Positions 9,084 to 19,241 of a DNA stretch of 64,000 nucleotides are shown here, one piece after another (the first letter of the stretch is position 1; each line of letters opens with the position of its first letter). The translations under genes and the position numbers were made by a program. This DNA comes from Candidatus Bathyarchaeia archaeon (GTDB lineage: Archaea; Thermoproteota; Bathyarchaeia; Bathyarchaeales; Bathycorpusculaceae). Where the stretch lies: contig JBEKKK010000001.1 in the NCBI GenBank assembly GCA_050010755.1, forward strand, positions 1,056,001 through 1,120,000, given 5' to 3'. The notes beneath the pieces are model-generated. The model did not search any database and was not told where the DNA came from. It worked only from the letters and a program-made list of their open reading frames with translations.

Positions 9084-10793
9084 TTAGTACGTTCTGGCCA
9101 CCGGCGGCCACCTTGTTATCGTCACTGGGATGTACTCCAATCTCGGCCCGTCTTTGGTGTAGTATGCGAGGGTGTGTTTTAGCCAGTTTTGGTCGTCGCG
9201 TTTCGGATAGTCCGTTCTGGAGTGTGCTCCGCGCGATTCGTTTCTGGGGAGGGCGCAAACCATCGTTATTTCGGCCAAGTCTAGCATGAAGTCGAGTTGT
9301 ATTGCGTTCAGCATTCCAGTGTTGAAGGGTCTTCCTTTGTCCTGAACCTTCATCTTTTTGAACCTTTGTTTGAGCTGTCTGATTTCTCTGAGGCCGGCTT
9401 CGAGTTGGTCTCCTCTTCTGTATATCCAGGCCTTATCGTTCATTATTCGTCTCATTTCGTCTCTGATGTCGGGGACTCTTTCGGAGCCTTCGCTTCCCAA
9501 GATCTGGTCAAAGACTCGTTTTTCTTCTGCTGCCAGTTTTTCCTGAGGCAGTTCGTGTAAGCCCGCGGTTAACGCGTGTTTGGCGGCTTGTTCGCCTGAT
9601 ACTGCGCCGAAGACTAGGCATTCTGCTGTGGAGTTTGTTCCGAGCCTGTTTGCTCCGTGAAGGCTGAGGCATGAGCATTCTCCTGAAGCGTACAGGCCTG
9701 AAATGGGCGTCTCAGTTTTTATGTTGGCTTTGATTCCTCCCATCGAGTAATGTGCTGCCGGTCTGATGGGTATAGGCTCTTTCACGGGGTCCACTCCGCC
9801 GAGTTTTATCGCGACGTCTCTGATGAGCGGCAGTCGTAAGTTTATTTTCTCTTCGCCCAGGTGCCGGAGGTCTATGGCTATGTACGGCCCGTAGGGTCCT
9901 TGCAGGCCTCTTCCTTCCAGTATTTCTGTCTGTTCGGCTCGCGAAACCACATCGCGTGGGGCTAGTTCCATTTTTTCAGGTGCGTACTTTTTCATGAAGC
10001 GCTCACCGTTGGCGTTTATAAGGAAACCTCCTTCCCCTCTTGCGCCTTCAGTTATCAACACCCCGGAAGGAACCATGCCCGTTGGGTGAAACTGGACGAA
10101 CTCCATGTCTTCCATTGCTGCTCCCGCGCGATAAGCCATGGCCATGCCGTCGCCGGTTGTCGTGTGTGAAAAAGTTGTGAACTCGTAGATGCGTTCGTGT
10201 CCTCCAGTTGCCATTACTATCGATTTGGCTTGGAAGGCGTACATGCGACCTGTCTTCATTTCCAACGCTGTGAGACCTGCTGCCACGGCGTTTTCAACGA
10301 TTAGGGAAGTCGCGAACCATTCGTCGTAGAATTTTATGTTGCTGTACGATGTTGCTTTTCCGTACAAGGCATGCATCTCATGAAAGCCCGTCATGTCGGC
10401 GGCAAAGCATGCCCGTGCGAAGCTGTGTCCACCGAACGCTCTTTGATCTATTTTTCCATCGGCAGTTCTGCTCCACGGGCATCCCCAGTGTTCTGTGAGA
10501 ACTATTTCTTTAGGCGCTCCTCTGACAAAGTGTTCTACAACGTCTTGGTCTGCGAGAAAATCTGAGCCCTTCACCGTGTCATAGGCATGAAGATCGTACG
10601 AGTCTTTTTCGTTTGTAACTGCTCCAGTTCCACCCTGCGCGCAAACGGAGTGCGATCGCAAAGGATGGTGTTTCGAGATGACGGCGATGTCTAGTTTGTC
10701 GTCGACATCGGCGGCGGCTACGGCGGCCCTCAGGCCGGCCAAGCCAGCGCCGACGATTATTACATCATGAGTGAATTTCTCCACGGATTCCAC
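9084..10793 (-). CDS. sdhA: Succinate dehydrogenase/fumarate reductase flavoprotein subunit
   Basis: GAGLAG, RSHSVCAQGG, QFHPT, EGARGEGG, ELAPRDVV, HYSMGG, HGANRLGTNS, RNESRGAH; start uncertain (GTG 10793 chosen, ORF extends to 10892). Confidence 0.9.
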   Translation of the reverse strand: MESVEKFTHDVIIVGAGLAGLRAAVAAADVDDKLDIAVISKHHPLRSHSVCAQGGTGAVTNEKDSYDLHAYDTVKGSDFLADQDVVEHFVRGAPKEIVLTEHWGCPWSRTADGKIDQRAFGGHSFARACFAADMTGFHEMHALYGKATSYSNIKFYDEWFATSLIVENAVAAGLTALEMKTGRMYAFQAKSIVMATGGHERIYEFTTFSHTTTGDGMAMAYRAGAAMEDMEFVQFHPTGMVPSGVLITEGARGEGGFLINANGERFMKKYAPEKMELAPRDVVSRAEQTEILEGRGLQGPYGPYIAIDLRHLGEEKINLRLPLIRDVAIKLGGVDPVKEPIPIRPAAHYSMGGIKANIKTETPISGLYASGECSCLSLHGANRLGTNSTAECLVFGAVSGEQAAKHALTAGLHELPQEKLAAEEKRVFDQILGSEGSERVPDIRDEMRRIMNDKAWIYRRGDQLEAGLREIRQLKQRFKKMKVQDKGRPFNTGMLNAIQLDFMLDLAEITMVCALPRNESRGAHSRTDYPKRDDQNWLKHTLAYYTKDGPRLEYIPVTITRWPPVARTY

Positions 10794-10961
10794 CTGTTCT
10801 TCATTATTTTGATTGGAGATTAGGTAAGTCATTGACCCTTGTTTTATAGTTTTCCAGTTTTCCTTGCGAGAACGATGGCCGAGGTGTCGCATAGTGTATC
10901 ATGAAACTTGTTTACAAGACTTTTATAGGCGCCTCATTCAATCCTACCGTGTGGTAGCCGC

Positions 10962-11915
10962 ATGTTCAATGCTGCAAAGTTCATAGACGAGACGGTTAAG
11001 CAACTGAGTGAAAGGATTAAGGGTGTGGCTATCATGGGCGTTTCTGGCGGTGTTGACTCGACTACCGCGGCGATTCTCGTGAACAGAGCTATCGGGGCGA
11101 ACCTGCGCTGTGTCCTGGTGGACACTGGTTACATGAGGAAGAACGAAGTCGAGAACAATGGAAAAATGTTGAAAAAACTGGGTTTGAACGTCATTGTCGT
11201 GGATGCCACGGAACGGTTCTATGACAAGCTCAAGGGCATAGTTGATCCAGAGCAGAAGAGGAAAATCATCGGTGAATTGTTCATTAGAGTGTTTGAGGAA
11301 GTCGCCAGAAAGGAAAACGCCAAGTTTTTTGTTCAAGGAACAATCGCTCCAGACTGGATAGAGAGTGGAGGCGGACTCAGGGACAGGATAAAGTCCCATC
11401 ACAACGTCGGCGGCTTGCCTGGGAAAATAGAATTTGAAATCGTCGAGCCGCTCAGAGATTTGTACAAGGATGAGGTTAGAATCGTCGGGAAGGAGCTGGG
11501 CCTGCCTGAGGAACTGTATGGGCGCCAGCCTTTTCCAGGTCCAGGCTTAGCCGTGAGGATACTCGGAGAGGCTGATCCTGTCAGCGTGAAAATTGTTAGA
11601 GAGGCCTGCGCGATTGCAGAGGAGGAGATTGAGAGGGCGTCAGTCAACGGGGAGATGAGTAGGCCGTGGCAGTACTTCGCCGTGTTGCTGCCATGCAAGA
11701 CGGTTGGAGTTCATGGCGACGTGAGATTTTACGGGAACGTTATTGCAGTGCGCGCGGTTGAAAGTTTGGACGGAATGAGCGCTGCCTATTCGAAGATTCC
11801 GCAGGCCGTGTTGGAGAGAATATCGGTGAGAATCACTAACACTCTGAAAGATTCTGTAGGCAGGGTCGTTTACGACGTGACGAACAAGCCGCCTGGGACG
11901 ATTGAGTATGAGTAG
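10962..11915 (+). CDS. guaAB: GMP synthase ATP-pyrophosphatase subunit (archaeal split type)
   Basis: SGGVDS PP-loop, PEQKRKIIG, IKSHHNVGGLP, PFPGPGLAVR, KPPGTIEYE. Confidence 0.93.
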   Translation: MFNAAKFIDETVKQLSERIKGVAIMGVSGGVDSTTAAILVNRAIGANLRCVLVDTGYMRKNEVENNGKMLKKLGLNVIVVDATERFYDKLKGIVDPEQKRKIIGELFIRVFEEVARKENAKFFVQGTIAPDWIESGGGLRDRIKSHHNVGGLPGKIEFEIVEPLRDLYKDEVRIVGKELGLPEELYGRQPFPGPGLAVRILGEADPVSVKIVREACAIAEEEIERASVNGEMSRPWQYFAVLLPCKTVGVHGDVRFYGNVIAVRAVESLDGMSAAYSKIPQAVLERISVRITNTLKDSVGRVVYDVTNKPPGTIEYE

Positions 11916-12489
11916 ACCTACAAGGATCTACGTTGTGGATAACGGTGGCCAATGGACTCACAGGATCTGGAGAGTTTTGGGGGAAATCGGCTGCGATTCG
12001 AAGATTATAGCCAACACTACACCAGTGGAGGAGATAGAGGCTGACGCTTTGGTTCTGAGCGGAGGAGCGCCTCGAATCACTTGGGAATCTCCCAAAATGG
12101 GCAAGTGCATCGATTATTTGCAACAGTTCGACGGTCCGATCCTGGGAATCTGCGTGGGGCTTCAACTGATGGCTCTGCACTGCGGCGGGAAGGTCGGACC
12201 TTCCGACGTCCCTGAATACGGCCTAGCAAAGCTAAGAATCATCGAGGAAGACGATCTGTTCAAAGGATTGCCGAGAGAGTTCCACGTGTGGGAGTCGCAC
12301 AACGACGAGGTGAAGTCTGCAAAGGGGTTTACCGTGCTCGCCGTGTCAGACAATTGCAGCGTGCAAGCCGTGAAGCATTTGGAGAAGCAGTACTATGGGG
12401 TCCAGTTTCATCCCGAAGTTAACAACACTGAACATGGAGAAGAAATCCTCAGAAACTTCGCGGCTGTGGTAAAACATCGCCGAGACTGA
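11908..12489 (+). CDS. guaAA: GMP synthase glutamine amidotransferase subunit
   Basis: DNGGQWTHRI, LGICVGLQ (catalytic Cys), SHND, QFHPE. Confidence 0.92.
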   Translation: MSRPTRIYVVDNGGQWTHRIWRVLGEIGCDSKIIANTTPVEEIEADALVLSGGAPRITWESPKMGKCIDYLQQFDGPILGICVGLQLMALHCGGKVGPSDVPEYGLAKLRIIEEDDLFKGLPREFHVWESHNDEVKSAKGFTVLAVSDNCSVQAVKHLEKQYYGVQFHPEVNNTEHGEEILRNFAAVVKHRRD

Positions 12490-12539
12490 GAAAGTCACTC
12501 AGTTCGTGATAATCTCTGCCGACGCAGTGTAGGTTGTGT

Positions 12540-12815
12540 TCACTCGAGTCTCTTGATTATGTGGTACCCGAATTTTGTCTTCACGATGGCCGAAGTTTGT
12601 CCTTTCTGAAGCGTGAATGCGCACGTTTCGAATTCCTTGACCATTTTTCCTCTTGTGAATGTTCCCAGATCTCCGCCATGTTTTCCAGATGGGCAGAGTG
12701 AGAGTTCCTTAGCAATGTTTGCGAATTTTTCGCCTTTGTTGAGTTTGTCTAGGACAGACTTGGCTTCTGGTTCTGTTTTCACGAGAATGTGAGCACAGTG
12801 AACCTTGTCTGGCAT
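12540..12815 (-). CDS. Single-domain parvulin peptidyl-prolyl isomerase
   Basis: CAHILVK, SLCPS, GGDLG, MVKEFE, TKFGYHII. Confidence 0.92.
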   Translation of the reverse strand: MPDKVHCAHILVKTEPEAKSVLDKLNKGEKFANIAKELSLCPSGKHGGDLGTFTRGKMVKEFETCAFTLQKGQTSAIVKTKFGYHIIKRLE

Positions 12816-12941
12816 GGATAATGATATTTTGGTATTGTTTAAAAACGTTTGCAACCGTGCTATTCTTGCGGACCCTTAAACGTGCGTCTAGAAACTCTTT
12901 ATAGCATGTTCAAACATGCTTTCTAGCATCGCTGGAAAGGG

Positions 12942-13358
12942 TTGATGAGCGTGTCGGGAAGAAAGTTGGATCACATCGGAGTAGCTGTGAAGGATCTGGA
13001 CGCAGCGATTGGCCTGTATCGCGATGTTTTGGGCTTGAAACTTGAAGGTACTCACGTCCTCGCCGAACGAGGAGTCAGAGTGGCCTTTTTCTCAATAGGC
13101 GACGAGGCGCACATCGAGCTTTTGGAGCCGCTCAGCAGTGAAAGCACAATCGCGAAGTTCCTCTCATCCCGCGGCGAAGGATTACACCATATCGCCCTGA
13201 AAGTTGACAACATTCAAGCCGTGCTGGAAGAGTTCAAACAAAAGGGTATAACGTTGATTGATGAGAAGCCTCAGACAGGTGCAGAGGGAAAGAAAATAGC
13301 CTTTGTACATCCGAAAAGCACTAGAGGCGTCCTCTTGGAACTCTGTGAGGGGCCATAA
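12942..13358 (+). CDS. mce: Methylmalonyl-CoA epimerase (VOC fold)
   Basis: DHIGVAV, IELLEP, GEGLHHIA, AFVHPKSTRGVLLEL. Confidence 0.92.
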   Translation: MMSVSGRKLDHIGVAVKDLDAAIGLYRDVLGLKLEGTHVLAERGVRVAFFSIGDEAHIELLEPLSSESTIAKFLSSRGEGLHHIALKVDNIQAVLEEFKQKGITLIDEKPQTGAEGKKIAFVHPKSTRGVLLELCEGP

Positions 13359-13371
13359 CGGCGGGCCCTGG

Positions 13372-14166
13372 GTGTCAGCAGATATAGGCCTTGAAAAGCT
13401 CCAAGAGAGTTTGCACACCAAACGTTTCGGAAGACGTGTCTTTTTCAGTCGCAAAGTCAAATCGACGAACGATTGGGCCAAGAAACTCGCCAAAATGGGC
13501 GCAGAAGAAGGAACCGTCACAGTGGCCGAGACTCAGACCGCTGGAAGAGGAAGACTGGGGAGAGAATGGGCTTCGCCCAGAGGAGGATTGTGGTTCTCAA
13601 TAGTCCTACAGCCCAAGAAGAAAGTCCAGGAGACGGCAAAGCTGGTGTTCGTGGCCAGCTTCACTGTGGCTGAAGTTTTGCGGCGGGAGTACGACCTGAG
13701 AACCGAGACAAAGTGGCCTAATGATGTGCTAGTGGACGGCAAGAAGATATGTGGGATACTGGCTGAGATGAGCACCAAAGCCGAAAAGGTCAACTTCGTT
13801 ATCCTGGGCATCGGAGTGAACGCAAACTTTCGTGCAGATGATGCTTTGCCAGAATCGGTGAAGACGCATGCAACTTCAATCGAGACGGAGGTTGGCAAAA
13901 AGATCCGCTTGGAAAGTCTGCTCAAGGAGTTGCTTGAGAAGATGGAGACTGTTTATGGCGGGTATCTAGATCGCGGCTTTGCTCCATTGCTGGAACAGTG
14001 GAAAAAGTATGCCGAATTCCTAGGCCGGAAAGTGGTTATTGCGAATCAAGAGGAAACGTTGAACGGGTTGGCTTTGGACGTTGATCTTGACGGTGCGCTA
14101 ATCCTGAAGCTTGACGACGGAGCAAGGAAACGAGTTTTCGTGGGGGACCTTCTCTTCGCGCGTTAG
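13372..14166 (+). CDS. birA: Biotin-protein ligase (no HTH domain)
   Basis: STND, QTAGRGRLGREW, KWPNDV, KKICGIL, GIGVN; start approximated at GTG 13372. Confidence 0.92.
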   Translation: MSADIGLEKLQESLHTKRFGRRVFFSRKVKSTNDWAKKLAKMGAEEGTVTVAETQTAGRGRLGREWASPRGGLWFSIVLQPKKKVQETAKLVFVASFTVAEVLRREYDLRTETKWPNDVLVDGKKICGILAEMSTKAEKVNFVILGIGVNANFRADDALPESVKTHATSIETEVGKKIRLESLLKELLEKMETVYGGYLDRGFAPLLEQWKKYAEFLGRKVVIANQEETLNGLALDVDLDGALILKLDDGARKRVFVGDLLFAR

Positions 14167-14684
14167 CTCTGTTTGAGTGGAATTGCCCAGAAGCTGTTGA
14201 CGTCGCCTTTCATCCATCTGCCGCCCAAACTTCTAACGACATCGCTAATTTCATCCCACTCATCCTTCAAGTATTGGGTTGGCGTCACTTTGACGTATTC
14301 TCCGTCTACCGTGAAACTCAGCAATTTGCGCTGCTCCGGACTGAACTCTTTTTCTATTGGGCTTGTGTCTCGACTTGGTTGAATCGGCGTTTTCTTTGCG
14401 GGATTAGATTCAGGTTTGAAGCTTGTCGTGGGCTGAGATTCGGTTTTGGAGCTTGCAGCGTAGACTAGATTGAACTCTGGAATTGGATAGGATTCTGCAA
14501 CGTTTTCAAAACTGTCGCTTCTTACGATTGCGAATACTTGCTTGGAAAACAAGTCGTACTTCATATCCAAAAGTTCAACATCGCTTGGCAGGTTGGAAGT
14601 GAAAGATGGCGCTTTTCCTTGCAATGTTTCTATAATGAACTCAGGACGCAGTTTTATCATTCTCATTTTCATGGTTTCAACCAC
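14163..14684 (-). CDS. Hypothetical protein (two small domains joined by a Ser/Pro linker)
   Basis: 173-aa ORF filling the gap, convergent on birA; C-terminal VRSLGGRW motif; family not recognised. Confidence 0.7.
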   Translation of the reverse strand: MVETMKMRMIKLRPEFIIETLQGKAPSFTSNLPSDVELLDMKYDLFSKQVFAIVRSDSFENVAESYPIPEFNLVYAASSKTESQPTTSFKPESNPAKKTPIQPSRDTSPIEKEFSPEQRKLLSFTVDGEYVKVTPTQYLKDEWDEISDVVRSLGGRWMKGDVNSFWAIPLKQS

Positions 14685-14818
14685 TCAGAATTGCTTATTA
14701 CTGGTGACAAGTAACTTAAGGGTATTGTAGCGCACGCAGGGTCAAGACGAACCATTCGCGAGTCTGGGGGGTATGCAGGGTCAAATATGAGCATAGAGGC
14801 AAGACCTCAAAACCGTTT

Positions 14819-15520
14819 GTGAGTTTTTGGGAGTCGCTTACAAGCAAGGAAGGAGCAAGGGAGAGGGCACGCTATGTGCTGGAACCCGTGAATGAATACC
14901 GCAAGCAGGCAAAGAAGATACTGGAAATAGGTTGCGGAATTGGAGAGGTCTTAGTCAATCTTCCCGAGAGATACGCTGTCTACGGCTTGGACGTCGAAAG
15001 GGACTACATTGAGGTTTGCAGGAGGAGAATGCCAAGGGGTAAGTTCTTTGTTTCCAGCATGCACAACTTCCACATTGATGAGAAATTTGATGTCATATTC
15101 TCTGCCAACGATGCCGTCAACTTTTTGAAAGATTTTGCCCAGTGGAAATCAACGTTCAAGACAGTGAATCAACATCTTAACAGAGACGGGCTGTTCATCT
15201 TTGATGTGTACACTCCTAAAATGCTGAGAGATACGCTTCATTGGCTGGAAAAATACAACAGGTCCACTTCGTCAGTCAGGGAATTCGCCAAAGGATTCTA
15301 CTATGACAGAGAGATAGTGAAGGGCAATTCGCTGACTTGGGATTCCAGAATCTTTGAAAAACTCCCAAATGGACTTTATCAACTTCACAAATACAAGTTC
15401 AAAGAAACAATATACTCAGTCGCAAAGATGAAATCTGCTCTGTCCAAATATTTCGATATCCTCGAAGCAAATTTGAGAGAAGAAGGCAGGAAGATTCTGT
15501 TCGTATGCAGGAAAATTTGA
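14819..15520 (+). CDS. Class I SAM-dependent methyltransferase
   Basis: ILEIGCGIG motif I, GLDV, FDVI, LNRDGLFIFD. Confidence 0.85.
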   Translation: MSFWESLTSKEGARERARYVLEPVNEYRKQAKKILEIGCGIGEVLVNLPERYAVYGLDVERDYIEVCRRRMPRGKFFVSSMHNFHIDEKFDVIFSANDAVNFLKDFAQWKSTFKTVNQHLNRDGLFIFDVYTPKMLRDTLHWLEKYNRSTSSVREFAKGFYYDREIVKGNSLTWDSRIFEKLPNGLYQLHKYKFKETIYSVAKMKSALSKYFDILEANLREEGRKILFVCRKI

Positions 15521-16103
15521 AAGCGCGCGCTGGCGCATTGAATAATTCGAGTAAGTGTTGAATGAACTTTTTTGTTGAAAATGACGTGAAGTGGCAAAGG
15601 ATGTCAACGTGATCTGCTGCGTGATGACTGCAACCGTCTCCTCGCCTCCCAAGCGCTGTCCGATGAGTTTGAAGAGGTTTGAGCAGGCTGGAGCGCAATC
15701 TAGGTAAGGTCATTATTTCGCGTTTTTACAATCGTGGAACGGAATAATCCTCTTCGGTCTGGACGGGGGCGATTTGTGCAGTGTGTTTACATGTCGTTAT
15801 GAGTGAGTTTTGAGTCTGAACAGAGCCTGTTTGGAGCTTTATTCGTAAAACACAGTCTCCGTTCAGCTTAGTTCTGAAAAAATTTTTTTTCTCGGATCAA
15901 AATCCCGCGTCCAAACTCAACGTTACCTTTCTCAGTATCCAAAACAAGGCGCTCCCAAATTATGTAACTAGCCTGCGCGCGTTATCTGTTGACAATCTTA
16001 CTTGCACTGATGCCGGCTATTCTCAGAATCATATTCCTTTACATTGAGCGTGCTGTAATAACCAAACTATTCCACGTGTTGTGTCTAAATACTTAATAGG
16101 ACA

Positions 16104-17702
16104 ATGTTACAGCAAAAATTGAGGGAATTTCATTTGGCCACGTCGAAGGAACCTTCAGTCGAGGAGAAGATCAAGAAACTAAAGAGCATGAGGGAGCAGG
16201 CTGGCCTAGGTGGTGGGCAGAAACGAATTGAGGAGCAGCATGCAAAAGGCAAGCTGACGGCTAGAGAGCGCATTAACCTCTTACTCGATGAAGGCAGTTT
16301 CAACGAGATTGACCAGTTTGTCGTTCACCAATGCACCGAATTTGGAGTGTCTGACCGTAAGTTTCTCGGGGACGGCGTAGTCACGGGTTATGGCACGATA
16401 GACGGCAGACTCGTCTACGTCTTCTCGCAGGATTTCACGGTTTTCGGAGGATCGCTCGGCGAGATGTTTGCGAAGAAAGTGTGCAAGCTCATGGATTTAG
16501 CTTTGAAAACAGGTGCACCCGTAATCGGTTTGAATGATTCTGGCGGTGCCAGGATTCAGGAGGGTGTGGCGAGCCTGGCGGGTTACGGTGACATCTTCTT
16601 CAGAAATGTGATAAGCTCAGGAGTTGTGCCGCAGATTTCAGCTGTTTTAGGACCCTGCGCTGGCGGAGCTGTTTATTCGCCGGCCTTGACCGACTTCATA
16701 ATCATGGTGGACAAGACAAGCCACATGTTCATAACAGGCCCAGACGTTGTTAAAACGGTGCTGGGGCAAGAGGTGTCTTTCGAGGATCTTGGCGGAGCCA
16801 TGATACACAGTCAAACAAGCGGCGTTGCCCACTTCATCGCAAAAGACGAAGAACAGTGCATACAAATCGTAAAGAAGATTTTGAGCTACTTGCCCAGCAA
16901 CTACTTGGAGGATCCGCCTATCGTCGAGACCGGCGACGACCCGAACCGCACTGATGAAGGCTTGGCCAAAGTGCTGCCAGAAGATCCTGACAAGCCCTAC
17001 AACACGAAAGATATCATCGTTCGAGTGGTCGATAACGGCGAATTCTTTGAAATTCAGCCCCTGTGGGCGCAGAACATCGTAATCGGCTTCGCGCGGTTGA
17101 ACGGGAAATCGATAGGGATAGTGGCTAACCAGCCGACGCACTATGCTGGAGCGTTAGACATTAACAGTTCGATGAAGGCAGGCAGGTTCGTCCGTTTCTG
17201 CGACGCCTTTAACATTCCGATAGTGACGTTCGTGGATGTGCCCGGTTTCTTGCCAGGCATGGAACAGGAACACGGCGGGATAATCAAGCACGGCTCCAAG
17301 CTGCTATACGCCTATTGCGAAGCCACAGTGCCGAAAGTGACGGTCATCATCAGAAAAGATTACGGTGGAGCTTACGACGTCATGGGAAGCAAACATTCGG
17401 GCGCAGACATCAACTATGCGTGGCCAACGGCTGAGATCGCCGTCATGGGTCCACATGGCGCCATCAACATAATCTTCAGAAAGGAAATCTCTGAAGCCAA
17501 AGACCCTCAGGAAAAACACAACGAGCTTGTCGCTGAGTACCGCCAGAAATTCGCAAGTCCCTACATCGCCGCCCAGAAAGGATACATAGACGAGGTCATC
17601 GAACCCTCCGAGACCCGGCCGAAGCTCATTAGCGCCCTCGAAAGCCTGGCTACAAAACGCGAAACTCGCCCAGCCAAAAAACACTCCAACGTGCCATTAT
17701 GA
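16104..17702 (+). CDS. Acyl-CoA carboxyltransferase subunit (methylmalonyl-CoA decarboxylase alpha / PCC beta / transcarboxylase 12S family)
   Basis: [64 protein letters not shown]. Confidence 0.93.
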   Translation: MLQQKLREFHLATSKEPSVEEKIKKLKSMREQAGLGGGQKRIEEQHAKGKLTARERINLLLDEGSFNEIDQFVVHQCTEFGVSDRKFLGDGVVTGYGTIDGRLVYVFSQDFTVFGGSLGEMFAKKVCKLMDLALKTGAPVIGLNDSGGARIQEGVASLAGYGDIFFRNVISSGVVPQISAVLGPCAGGAVYSPALTDFIIMVDKTSHMFITGPDVVKTVLGQEVSFEDLGGAMIHSQTSGVAHFIAKDEEQCIQIVKKILSYLPSNYLEDPPIVETGDDPNRTDEGLAKVLPEDPDKPYNTKDIIVRVVDNGEFFEIQPLWAQNIVIGFARLNGKSIGIVANQPTHYAGALDINSSMKAGRFVRFCDAFNIPIVTFVDVPGFLPGMEQEHGGIIKHGSKLLYAYCEATVPKVTVIIRKDYGGAYDVMGSKHSGADINYAWPTAEIAVMGPHGAINIIFRKEISEAKDPQEKHNELVAEYRQKFASPYIAAQKGYIDEVIEPSETRPKLISALESLATKRETRPAKKHSNVPL

Positions 17703-17852
17703 ATTAGAGCCTATTTGATTCGTACGGGAGTGGCGTCAAGTCTGCGATCTTACCCGCCAGTTTAGGCTAAGTGAATATCTTGACATGGTCGCTTTGGTGC
17801 GAAGCCTTTAAGAATCGTCGAGTCGGCTGTTTGTTGTTTCAGGTTTGAAAGC

Positions 17853-19226
17853 ATGAGCGAGTCCGCTGGGCAAGGGTTGTTTTCTGGCAACTGGTCTCGA
17901 AATTACGGTTTGCTTTTGGCAATCGTGTTTCTTGCGAATTTTGCGAGTTCGATGGTTTCGGGTTCAGCCGTGTTTTTTCTGGTCAAGTCTTTGGCAGTGA
18001 CTCCTGAGGCTACGACGGAATTCATTGGAGTTTTGATTTCCGTGAGCAGTCTAGCTCTGATTTCAGGGAGTTTTGCTGGAGGTTTTCTCGCGGATAGAGT
18101 CGGTAAGAAGCTGACGATTGGTTTGGCCTGCGTGGTCCTCGCCCCAAGCTTGTTTTTCTATTCGGTCGTCAACAGCGTGTTCCTGGTCGTGATCGGATAT
18201 TTCGCGCAGATGTTTGCGATGGCCTTGTTTCAGCCGGCTTTCACTGCTTTCGTGGCTGATTTGAGCAGGTTGAGTTCGAGGGGGAGAGCTTTCGGCGGTT
18301 TCAACTTGTTTTGGATGATTAGTACGGTTCCGGCGCCTTTGATAGGTGGAATATTGGTTGACCGTGTGGGGCTGCGTTTTCCTTTCATGATTGGCTCTGC
18401 GGTGGCCGTTGCAGGTTTGGTAGCTTCTTTCGGGCTTGTGAACCTCTCTGGCAGGGTTGTTCCCCTGGGCGAAGTTTCGGACGGTCAGGTTGCTGAAAAG
18501 GCTCCGATGCCATTGGCCAAGGTTCTGTGGCTTTTCGGGGCAATCTCTCTTTTCACGGGCTTGGCTAACGGGTTGGGTGGACCTTTGCTCAGAGATTTTC
18601 CAATATACAAGTTGGGTGTAGATGCCACACAGTTGGGCCTGATATTCTCATTGGGTTCAGGTTTGGCGACCGCGCTAGTTCAGGTTCCTGGCGGATTCTT
18701 GACGGACAGGTTCGGCCGGAAGCCACTGATGCTCATAAGCTTGCTGGGAGCGCCTTTTGTCGTTGGTTTGGCATTCACTGGGTCACTCTCCCAATTTATC
18801 CTCGTCTGCGTGGGTTTGTTTGCTTTTGGCAACCTCGGTTCTCCAGCGTATCAGGCCTGGCTGATGGAGCTTGTTCACGACGCGCGGAGAGCGAGAGTTT
18901 GGGGATTAATGAACGCGATTATGGGTGCGGGATCGTTTTTTGGGCCTTTCCTCGCCACTTGGCTCTTCCAGACTCAAGCGTGGGTCGCCGTCCCGTTTAT
19001 AGTGGCGGCTGTTCCATGGGTCGTGCAAGTTCCGCCCATCTTGAAACTGGCAGAGACCAAAAAAAGGGAAAAGCCGTCTCCTCACAGTCCACCTATACGC
19101 TTTCGGGTGCGCAGCGTTCCTCATGTTCTAAAGGTGTTTAAACGAGCCATCAGAATGTTCCAACAGAACCACCAGAAATTAATAGGGCTTCGCCGCATTT
19201 TTGCACGTTTGAGGCAAGAGAGTTAA
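17853..19226 (+). CDS. MFS transporter
   Basis: About 12 hydrophobic segments; motif A twice (GFLADRVGKK, GFLTDRFGRK). Confidence 0.9.
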   Translation: MSESAGQGLFSGNWSRNYGLLLAIVFLANFASSMVSGSAVFFLVKSLAVTPEATTEFIGVLISVSSLALISGSFAGGFLADRVGKKLTIGLACVVLAPSLFFYSVVNSVFLVVIGYFAQMFAMALFQPAFTAFVADLSRLSSRGRAFGGFNLFWMISTVPAPLIGGILVDRVGLRFPFMIGSAVAVAGLVASFGLVNLSGRVVPLGEVSDGQVAEKAPMPLAKVLWLFGAISLFTGLANGLGGPLLRDFPIYKLGVDATQLGLIFSLGSGLATALVQVPGGFLTDRFGRKPLMLISLLGAPFVVGLAFTGSLSQFILVCVGLFAFGNLGSPAYQAWLMELVHDARRARVWGLMNAIMGAGSFFGPFLATWLFQTQAWVAVPFIVAAVPWVVQVPPILKLAETKKREKPSPHSPPIRFRVRSVPHVLKVFKRAIRMFQQNHQKLIGLRRIFARLRQES

Positions 19227-19241
19227 GGGAAGCTAACCAGC

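Noticed and set aside
15540-16100. 560-bp gap with short minus-strand ORFs, possible gene relic or ncRNA
   Set aside because: No recognisable family, convincing start or stable structure found by eye
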